From: Chiloscyllium plagiosum
Taxonomy: Eukaryota
DNA: 51,971 nt
Direction of reading: 5' to 3'
NCBI RefSeq assembly: GCF_004010195.1
Contig: NC_057755.1
Coordinates: 10,892,680-10,944,650, forward strand
The translations under genes and the position numbers were made by a program. A model generated the notes under the pieces. It was not told the origin of the DNA. It worked only from the letters and a program-made list of their open reading frames with translations, and did no database searches. Positions 24,540 to 34,994 of this stretch are shown here, one piece after another; position 1 is the first letter of the stretch; every line of letters begins with the position of its first letter.

Positions 24540-24802
24540 TGTTGTAACCCATCAGCCCAGTATAGAAGCCCCAGTCCCAGAACTGGAGCCTTCCTCCACC
24601 CACGTATTAAACCAATTCATTCCCATTTCATACTCATTGGCATGTGGCAGGGAGTCATCCTGGCTCTGAACATTTCCTTTTTTCCTATTTCCTTCCTGAA
24701 TCCTTAAAACCGTGTCCTCCTTCCCCGTGTCATTGGTCACAGTATGGACAATGACTCTGACACATCCCTCTCACCTTCCATTACATCCTTGACCCTGGCA
24801 CC
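24540..24802 (-). mobile_element. CR1 ORF1 (SGNH esterase-like) fragment (copies at 30260-30600 - and 32053-32250 +)
   Basis: PGARVKDV...VIVHTVTNDTG resembles the CLPGA..VHIGTND motif of CR1 ORF1 esterases. Confidence 0.6.
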
Positions 24803-24829
24803 GGGGGGGGGGGGGGGGGGGGGGGGGGC

Positions 24830-27556
24830 TTGCGGGCTCAGGAACGGTCCAGCCTGGATGGCCAAAATGAGCATGACAATGAACTGGCCACTCTGGTGGC
24901 TGGCTTAAGCGATTTGATCATCATAACCATGTCCACAGAGACTGCCTCAGAAATGAAGGACATCCTGCAAATTGTTGTCCATGCCTTAATTCGTATGAAA
25001 GTGGTCGGGAAAAGACCCAATTGTCAATTTGTCCACCAAAAGGTTGGAGATGTGTCTGCACATCAGAAGAATGTGGGGAGTCACAAATCATTGCACCAGG
25101 AGCTGAACACACTGACCAAGATTGTCGCTAAAACTGAGGGGCAAGATCACAAATTCTCAAAGTTCTCTGATATTTTGGATTATGACTCCAAGAAAAACAA
25201 TTGGTACATCCCAGGGCTATGGTGTGGGACTCCGCCGATGGCGCTAGTTAATATGGGATACAGTCAGAAGGTGACAGAACTCAAACACAAGATTTTGCAG
25301 CATTTTCTCAACAGGAGACCTTCCACCATCCCAGAGTTCATTTCCTGGATGACAAGTACATGGAACGCAGTGAAACATGAGAACTTCATCTTCAGTTTCA
25401 GGAATAGCTTGGTGGCACATGCCTACAATCGACTGTCAGAGAAGTACTCGGATTTGGAGTGGAAGCTGAGGAGTGAGGTCCATTCCTGGCTTCAGAAAAC
25501 AATCAATCAAATTGCCAACTGTGAAGGGGACCTTCAGGAATTCAGAGGAACTTTGGATATTGACGTTCCAAGGATGATCAGTGAAGAGAAAAGTCAAATA
25601 CTGGATGAGATGGAGAAGTATTTTAAGGAGGACACCAACCAGGCACATCTGATTGAGAATTTTAAAGCCGAGACAGCAGCGGGTTTTGACTTACTGAGTC
25701 GAGAGCTTGAAACACGCACAAAGATGAGATGTGAGGAAGCATTGAACAGGCAGAGAGACCTTAACGAATTAAACCGCATTTTAAGTAGTTTCAGTGAGAG
25801 AATCCAAGAGAAGATTGATCTGCTCTTGGATAATTTGAATCTTAAATCGACAGATCAAGGTGACAGTGAACTGAGTGAAACCTTTGAAACAATATGGAGA
25901 GAAGTCATGGCATCAGTACATTTCCAGCCCACAGCAGTCAACATCGAGGGAGACATGGAAAAGAGCTTGAGGGAAAATACGAGGAAGCAAGGAAGAATAC
26001 TCACAATGAAGCTCACGTCTGGGAAGAGTCTTGTTGAGTTAAGCAACGTGGAATGGAAGATCACTGAGCAACATCTGGAAACAAACAAAACATCTTTCCT
26101 TGATATGTTTAAAGGAAAGTTACGTGCAGCTTATACTATGATACGTTCCTTCCATCCAAATAAAGAAAACTTGGAAGACGAGAATGTGGCACAATGGGTG
26201 GAATCTGCACGTTTACTGGAGGCGAAGAAGAAAACTCTCCAATTGATATCACAATGTGACGATTATGTAGAAGAGATTGTTAAGAGAGGTGAGAGTTACA
26301 ACCTGTTTCTTTGTAATGAACTTCTGAGAGAAGTGGACAGAAATCTACAGACACTTGATGCGGAGACACTCAAAGTCAATGAGCTATTAAGCACAGATGT
26401 GAAAATCCATGTGTGTGGCAAAGCCATTCAGAGATTTCAGGAGATGCATGATCGATTCTGTGACAAACATAATCCCGTGAAGAGACTAGCGAATGAGAGA
26501 CATTATTACTTTACAATGTTTAAAAGCATATACTCTGAAAAGGACCAGAGTGAGACGTGTGCGAGATTATTCTGTGATTCCTGCTTGAAGCCCGCTCTGT
26601 TGGAAGCTCTCAAACAACAACTGGGCTCGGCAATTGTGGATCACCTTAAAAAAGAGCAAAAGATAGAACTTACGTCACGCAGAAACCTTCAAGTGGGGAT
26701 CATGTTGTATCTAAAAAAGCTCAACAGCTTTGACAAGTACTGTCAGTACTTTGAACAGACCGGAAAGTTTGAACAAGTTTGGGTAAAAGAGCAAGTGCTG
26801 AACCATTGTAAAGGGCTGAACAACAACAAATCCATGTTTTATTGCATAGCTCAGGAGGTGCTGCAGCAGAAAATCGACAAAATAAAGACAACCGTTGACT
26901 GTATAAAAAGCTCAGCTGATACCATTCAATCATTTTTGAATGAATTCAAACAAAGATTTGAAGAACACCTTGTGTTACCAAAAGAAAAGCTTGAAAACAC
27001 AAGAGCTTTCAAAAAGGCTCCAAGTTTTGTGATTAAACTGAACCAATTCATTCCTGCCTTGGAAACACGCCTCCTCCAAGACATTGAGAAATGGGATGTT
27101 GAGCAGACGCTGGTGAACCTTCCCAATGACCCTTCCAAAGAGCTCTACAAATTGTTGGCTGGTTGTGGAAATCGCTGTCCACTTTGCCAGGTGCCCTGTG
27201 ATCACACCAATAATACACATGGGAAGCACTCAGCAACATATCACTGGCCTCAGGGGATTGGGGGCTGTCACTGGAGACGGAGCAAAGAGCTGGTCACTGA
27301 CAGCTGCACAGCAACAGCCACCGCAATTTATTTGTACCAGAAAGATGAAGAACGTTGGTGGCAAAGATGTATCCGGAATATACTGGAGCGAGTTTTTAAT
27401 GTGTATTTTATCCAAATGCAATGTGAGGAATACAATTCCTGGAACATTCCTTTAAATCCGGAGGCTGGGGTGCCATCTTATTGGAAATGGGTCCTGTACA
27501 CCTATAACAAGGAGTTTGCAGAGAAATACAAGGTGAATCCTGCAAGAAACATTTCC
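24830..27556 (+). CDS. GVIN1-like very large GTPase, copy B; 5'-truncated as assembled, 3' end in a gap
   Basis: 909 open codons nearly identical to copies A and C. It begins immediately after the DTEG motif at a G26 run, lacks G1/G2, contains the C-terminal GCGNRCPLCQVPCDH...HWPQG motif and runs into the N gap at 27557. Confidence 0.75.
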
Positions 27557-28125
27557 NNNNNNNNNNNNNNNNNNNNNNNNNNNNNNNNNNNNNNNNNNNN
27601 NNNNNNNNNNNNNNNNNNNNNNNNNNNNNNNNNNNNNNNNNNNNNNNNNNNNNNNNNNNNNNNNNNNNNNNNNNNNNNNNNNNNNNNNNNNNNNNNNNNN
27701 NNNNNNNNNNNNNNNNNNNNNNNNNNNNNNNNNNNNNNNNNNNNNNNNNNNNNNNNNNNNNTGCTGGTGATTACTGTGTGATCTGGACGAGGTGATGTAC
27801 ATCTCCTTCATGGATAGTGAGGGAGAGTGGCTGGTTAGGTTATATGTGCACAGCAGTAATCCTGGACCATCCCAGTCTCCTGGATCTGGACAACTAGAGG
27901 GAGACATCCAGCACCAAAGGAAATCTCCTCCTGACTGCCCCATCGCCAGGAGGAAGCTCCTCTTTATCAGCTACAGCCTCTGTCTGTCCTTTACCTGCAC
28001 ATCTCCCCTCCCGGATCCCCTCATCCACAGAATCGTGATGTCAGGGATTTCCTGCAGCCTGTCAAAGAGATCTCACATCTCGGATCACATAGGAAACAGG
28101 AGTAGGCCATTCGGCCCATTAATGT

Positions 28126-28882
28126 GATATCTCTCTGGTTCCGGACCGCTCCGCTATGGACGACACCTCACCTGCATCTGCCCTTTGAAACCCTTAACTA
28201 TATTCAGTACAATTACCTCTTGAGAATACAGGTCCAGTTTGACCAACTGCTCTCCAAACGACAGTGCCTCTACCTGAGGGACAAGTCTGGGGTGAAACAC
28301 TCTTGTACTCCCTTTATGGGAATCATATCCTTCCTGAGATATGGAGACCAAAACTGCACACACTACTCCTGGTGCAGACTGACTGAGATTGCACACAACC
28401 TGGACCAAAACTTGACACTTCTCTACTCAAATTCACTTGCAAAAACGGTTAATATTCAATTAGCCTTCTTAAAGGTTATAGCATCTGAAGGTTAGCTTTT
28501 AGAGTCTTATCAACATGGTCCTTTTGTACATCTGCACTTTGCAGTGTCTTACCATTGAAAAACAATTCTGTATTTCTTCAACCCAATACAGATAAACTCA
28601 TAATTTTCTATCGCCTATACCCTGATCTCAGTCAGTCTGCACCAGGAGTAGTGTGTGCAGTTTTGGTCTCCATATCTCAGGAAGGATTTGATTCCCATAA
28701 AGGGAGTACAAGGGTGTTTCACCCCAGACTTGTCCCTCAGATAGAGGCACTGTCTTTTGGAGAGTGGTTCGTCAAACTAGGCCTGTGTTCTCAAGAGATA
28801 ATTTTACTGAATGTTTTTGAAGGGTTTCGCAGGGTAGATGCAGGTGAGATGTTGTCCATAGTCTAGAACCAGAGAGATATCA
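28126..28882. repeat. Fold-back inverted CR1 repeat downstream of copy B (arms ~260 bp, spacer ~240 bp); mirror 33645-34403 downstream of copy C
   Basis: 28126-28388 is the reverse complement of 28625-28882. The peptide LSQSAPGVVCAVLVSISQEG appears on both strands. Confidence 0.85.
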
Positions 28883-29926
28883 CTTAGATTCAATGGCGTG
28901 AATGGCCTACACCTATCCCAATCCCCCAGAAACCATTTTACATCTTTCTCACGATGCACATTCTCACTTCATTTTGTATAATCCACAGGTTTGTAAATAT
29001 GACATTTGGTCTCCACCACTGCCTCATTGACACATATTCTGAACAGCTGGGGCCCAAGTATTGGTCCTAACTAGTACCAGCCTGCTGATGTGAGAATGAC
29101 CTATACATTCCAACTCTCTGTTCTTGGGATGTTAGCCATAGCATTCCAAACAGAACTCTATCAACAAACATATCGACTTATATCCATCCACCACCTTCTG
29201 AAGAAAATAATGGGAAACGACATCCCTCATACAGGAAAGGATTTCACCACAGGAAATGACATCGCCAACTCAAGGAAACCTAAACACCTAAATAGAAACC
29301 AGGTCACTAACACCAGTGCTTCACCGGAGGCTCAATGATGATGTTACCTGGTATGGTGACGAAACGTCTGAAAACGAACCTTCCAGCTCAGCAAGCAAAC
29401 TTCCAGATTCCAGCATTGTCCCTATTACTGATGTTTGGTTAGCAGGTCAGTGGTTCCCTTTTATTTCTCTCCCTCCCTTCTTAAATAATGGGGTGGCATT
29501 CCAATCTTCAGGAATTGTTCCAGAATCTGCAGAATGTGGGAAGGTAGTCACCAATGCATAGACTCTCTCTATAGCCATCTCCTTCAATCTTTTGTGATGT
29601 GGACCATCGGGTTTTGGGGATTGATCAACTTCCAATCCCACTAATTTCTCCAGTACAATCCGACTCATGGTCATTTTCTTCAACCCCTCATTCATCTGAG
29701 CAACTTTGTTCTGGGAGAGAGGTTACATCTTCCTCAGTGAAGAAAGCCACAAAGTAATCAGTTACTTTATCTGCATTTCCTTTATTCCCTGTGATAAATT
29801 CTCCTGTTTGTAATGGGCCTACAATTGTTCTAGCCGCATATTTAGTTTTAATAAGGTTTTGCAGTACACTTTCATGTTTTTGGCGAGACTGCATTCATAT
29901 TCTATCCTCCCTATCCTTAACAGTTT

Positions 29927-30258
29927 TGATTAGATTTGATTCCCGACAGTGTGTAAACAGGCCATTCGGCCCAACAAGTCCACACCGACCTCCCGAAGAG
30001 TAACCCACCCTGACCCATTCCCCTACCTTATATTTACCCCGACTAATGCAGCTAACACTATGGGCAATTCAGCATGGCCAATTCACCTGACCTGGACATC
30101 TTTGGACTGCCGGAGGAAACCGGAGCACCCGGAGTAAACCCACGCAAACACGGGGAGAACGTGCAAACTCCACACAGTCAGTTGCCAAAGGCTGGAATCG
30201 GACCAGGGTCTCTGGTGCTGTGAGGCAGCAGTGCTAACCACTGAGTCACCGTGCCACC
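29927..30258 (-). mobile_element. HE1-type SINE
   Basis: Paralogous position to the 24228-24535 copy. Confidence 0.85.
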
Positions 30259-30734
30259 ATTTTGGTGCAGCCCATCAGCCCAGTATAGAAGCTCCAGTCC
30301 CAGAACTGGTCCCAGTGCCTTGGAAATCTGGAGCCTTCCTCCAGCCGCATATTAAAACAATTCATTCCCATTTCATACTCATTGGCATGTGGCAGGGAGT
30401 CATTCTGGCTCTGAACATTTCCTTTTTTCCTATTTCCTTCCTGAATCCTTAAAACTGTGTCCTCCTTCCCCGTGTCATTGGTCACAGTGTGGACAATAAC
30501 TCTGACACATCCCTCTCCCCTTCCATTACATCCTTGATCCTGGCATCGGGGGGGGTCGGGGGGCAACATGCCATCTTGGAGTCATGTTTCATGCCAGGTT
30601 AGCTCCTGTCTGATTGCCAATAATTGCTCTTCCATGAGACCATCGGAAATCGGAACAGGGAAAGGCCATTCAGCCCCTCAAGCCTGCTCCACCATTCAAT
30701 CTGATCATGGATGATTCAACAATCCTCACCCTTG

Positions 30735-31050
30735 GGTGGCACAGTGGCTCCAGTGGTTAGCACTGCTGCCTCACAGAGCCAGGGATATGGGTATGATTCC
30801 AATCTCAGGCGACTGTCTAGGTGGAGTTTGCACATTCTCCCCGTGTCTGAATGGGTTACCTCTCACAATTCCCCCAAAGAAAGTTTGGTTCAGGTGAATT
30901 GGCCCTGCTCAATTGCCCATAGTGTTAGGTACATTAATCTGTGTTAAATATAAGGTAGGGGAATGGGTCTGAGCGGGTTACTTTTCAGAGGGTCAGTGTG
31001 GACTTGTTGGGCCGAAGGGCCTGTTTCCATACTGTAAGGAATCTAATCTT
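30735..31050 (+). mobile_element. HE1-type SINE in the palindrome spacer
   Basis: Head GTGGTTAGCACTGCTGCCTCACAG, V-domain, and AATCTAATCT tail. Confidence 0.85.
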
Positions 31051-32249
31051 CTCTGGAAGCCTAACTTTCTCACCAGTCAGCTCACTCATGACATCAGCCT
31101 GCTGTTGGTCGCAGTACACTCAAACCTCTCATTCCACAGCATGTGTCGTCTCCCAGTCACGTCTCACTCTGGAGAACTTATTTCCTTTTATAAACCTTAA
31201 TTAAAGTCCCCAGTTCCTGCATTGACTCAAATTGGCACTGACTCACTCTGTCACAACCTCATTCTGACCAAGTCTCCCTTATTCTGACCGTGTATTCTGC
31301 GTCTGCAAGTGCTTGGAGGTCATTTTGTCGTGATGGATAGTTACTCCATTTGTTCAATGGGAACTGCTTGGAATTAGATTACACCTTTGGGCAAGCTCTT
31401 TTAAAGTGTGAAAACTCAAAATTTCAAAGATAAGCAGACGCCTGGGAGAAACTCTCCAGGGAATTCCAATAGGGTCAACAGTATTTTGTGGGACAATGAT
31501 TTTTTTCAAAGTCAACAGCAGCTACTTATGTTTGATCTGTAAGAAGCCATGGNNNNNNNNNNNNNNNNNNNNNNNNNNNNNNNNNNNNNNNNNNNNNNNN
31601 NNNNNNNNNNNNNNNNNNNNNNNNNNNNNNNNNNNNNNNNNNNNNNNNNNNNNNNNNNNNNNNNNNNNNNNNNNNNNNNNNNNNNNNNNNNNNNNNNNNN
31701 NNNNNNNNNNNNNNNNNNNNNNNNNNNNNNNNNNNNNNNNNNNNNNNNNNNNNNNNNNNNNNNNNNNNNNNNNNNNNNNNNNNNNNNNNNNNNNNNNNNN
31801 NNNNNNNNNNNNNNNNNNNNNNNNNNNNNNNNNNNNNNNNNNNNNNNNNNNNNNNNNNNNNNNNNNNNNNNNNNNNNNNNNNNNNNNNNNNNNNNNNNNN
31901 NNNNNNNNNNNNNNNNNNNNNNNNNNNNNNNNNNNNNNNNNNNNNNNNNNNNNNNNNNNNNNNNNNNNNNNNNNNNNNNNNNNNNNNNNNNNNNNNNNNN
32001 NNNNNNNNNNNNNNNNNNNNNNNNNNNNNNNNNNNNNNNNNNNNNNNNNNNNGATTTTAAGGATTCAGGAAGGAAATAGGAAAAAAAGGAAATGTTCAGA
32101 GCCAGGATGACTCCCTGCCACATGCCAATGAGTATGAAATGGGAATGAATTGTTTTAAAATGCGGCTGGAGGAAGGCTCCAGATTTCCAAGGCACTGGGA
32201 CCAGACCTGGGACTGGAGCTTCTATACTGGGCTGATGGGTTACACCAAA

Positions 32250-32585
32250 GTGGTGGCACGGTGACTCAGTGGTTAGCACTGCTGCCTCACAGCACCAGAG
32301 ACCCCGGTCCGATTCCAGCATTTGGCGACTGACTGTGTGGAGTTTGCACGTTCTCCCCGTGTCTGCGTGGGTTTCCTCCGGGTGCTCCGGTTTCCTCCCA
32401 CAGTCCAAAGATGTACAGGTCAGGTGAATTGGCCATGCTGAATTGCCCATAGTGTTAGCTGCATTAGTCGGGGTCAATATAAGGTCGGGGAATGGGTCAG
32501 GGTGGGTTACTCTTCGGAGGGTCGGTGTGGACTTGTTGGGCCGAATGGCCTGTTTACACACAGTCGGGAATCTAATCTAATCAAA
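32250..32585 (+). mobile_element. HE1-type SINE (mirror of 29927-30258)
   Basis: Full head, V-domain and tail. Confidence 0.85.
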
Positions 32586-34994
32586 ACTGTTAAGGATAGG
32601 GAGGATAGAATATGAATGCAGTCTAGCCAAAAACATAAAAATGTACTGCAAAACCTTATTAAAACTAAATATGCGGCTAGAACCATTGTAAGTCCATTAC
32701 AAACAGGAGAATTTATCAGAGGGAATAGAGAAAATGCAGATAAAGTAACTAATTACTTTGTGGCTGTCTTCACTGAGCAAGATGTAACCTCTCTCCCAGA
32801 ACAAAGTTGCTCACATGAATGAGGGGTTGAAGAAAATGAGCATGAGTCAGATTGTACTGGAGAAATTAGCGGGATTGGAAGTTGATCAATCCCCAAAACC
32901 CGATGGTCCACATCACAAAAGATTGAAGGAGATGGCTATAGAGAGAGTCTATGCATTGGTGACTACCTTCCCACACTCTGCAGATTCTGGAACAATTCCT
33001 GAAGATTGGAATGCCACCCCATTATTTAGGAAGGGAGGGAGAGAAATAAAAGGGGACCACTAACCTGCTAACCAAACATCAGTAATAGAGGCAATGCTGG
33101 AGTCTGGAAGCTTGCTTGCTGAGCTGGAAGGTTCGTTTTCAGACCTTTCGTCACCACACCAGATAACATCATCATTGAGCCTCCGGTGAAGCACTGGTGT
33201 TAGTGACCTGGTTTCTATTTCGGTGTTTAGGTTTCCTTGATTGGTGATGTCATTTCCTGTGGTGATGTCATTTCCTGTGGTGACATCCTTTCCTGTGTTA
33301 GGGATGTCGTTTCCCATTATTTTCTTCAGAAGGTGGTGGATGGATCTAAGTCGGTATGCTTGTTGATAGAGTTCTGGTTGGAATGCTATGGCTAACATCC
33401 CAAGAACAGAGAGTTTGAATGTATAGGTCATTCTCACATCAGCAGGCTGTTACTAGTTAGGACCAATACTTGGGCCCCAGCTGTTCAGAATAGGTGTCAA
33501 TGAGGCAGTGGTGGAGACCAAATGTCATATTTACAAACCTGTGGATTATACAAAATGAAGTGAGAATGTGCATCGTGAGAAAGATGTGAAATGGTTTCTG
33601 GAGGATTGGGATAGGTGTAGGCCATTCACCCCATTGAATCTAAGTGATATCTCTCTGGTTCTAGACCATGGGCAACATCTCATCTGCATCTACCCTGCGA
33701 AACCCTTTAAATACATTCAGTCAAATTATCTCTTGAGAACACAGGCCTAGTTTGACGAACCACTCTCCAAACGACAGTGCCTTTATCTGAGGGACAAGTC
33801 TGGGGTGAAACACTCTTGTATTCCCTTTATGGGAATCATATCCTTCCTGAGATATGGAGACCAAAACTGCACACACTACTCCTGGTGCAGACTGACTGAG
33901 ATCAGGGTATAGGCGATAGAAAATTATGAGTTTATCTGTATTGGGTTGAAGAAATACAGAATTTATTTTTCAATGGTAAGACACTGCAAAGTGCAGATGT
34001 ACAAAAGGACAATGTTGATAAGACTCTAAAAGCTAACCTTCAGATGCTATAACCTTTAAGAAGGCTAATTGAATATTAACCGTTTTTGCAAGTGAATTTG
34101 AGTAGAGAAGTGTCAAGTTTTGGTCCAGGTTGTGTGCAATCTCAGTCAGTCTGCACCAGGAGCAGTGTGTGCAGTTTTGGTCTCCATATCTCAGGAAGGA
34201 TATGATTCCCATAAAGGGAATACAAGAGTGTTTCACCCCAGACTTGTCCCTCAGGTAGAGGCACTGTCGTTTGGAGAGCAGTTGGTCAAACTGGACCTGT
34301 ATTCTCAAGAGGTAATTGTACTGAATATAGTTAAGGGTTTCAAAGGGCAGATGCAGGTGAGGTGTCGTCCATAGCGGAGCGGTCCGGAACCAGAGAGATA
34401 TCACATTAATGGGCCGAATGGCCTACTCCTGTTTCCTATGTGATCCGAGATGTGAGATCTCTTTGACAGGCTGCAGGAAATCCCTGACATCACGATTCTG
34501 TGGATGAGGGGATCCGGGAGGGGAGATGTGCAGGTAAAGGACAGACAGAGGCTGTAGCTGATAAAGAGGAGCTTCCTCCTGGCGATGGGGCAGTCAGGAG
34601 GAGATTTCCTTTGGTGCTGGATGTCTCCCTCTAGTTGTCCAGATCCAGGAGACTGGGATGGTCCAGGATTACTGCTGTGCACATATAACCTAACCAGCCA
34701 CTCTCCCTCACTATCCATGAAGGAGATGTACATCACCTCGTCCAGATCACACAGTAATCACCAGCATATATGCAGATAGCGTCCAAGGTGAACTGTGTTT
34801 CAATTGCTACTGTTTATCAGAGACAATGATTTACATCGACATAATTTCAGTTTGAGAGACTTTTGTCAGTATTAGAGAACGGCATGAACCAGCCCATTGA
34901 ATGACTAAGCTTCCCATCCAATTGCAGTACACATAATTACATCCGGCCTTCCGCAGGATCCCAATGCACAACATAATCACAACTTCAGATTTTG

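Larger units (their letters stand above)
17870..30550 (+). repeat. Direct tandem duplication of the GVIN 3' part plus downstream flank (17870-24802 vs 24826-30550)
   Basis: Both units have the same order of CDS, CR1 hairpin, Penelope pLTR piece, CR1 piece, HE1 SINE and CR1 ORF1 piece. The junction is at the poly-G run 24803-24828. Confidence 0.85.

Noticed and set aside
27792..28495. Identical short ORFs (111 and 123 aa) in both arms as conserved small genes
   Set aside because: The identity reflects the recent duplication or conversion. The ORFs start at non-ATG codons in the track and lie partly in antisense CR1 sequence.
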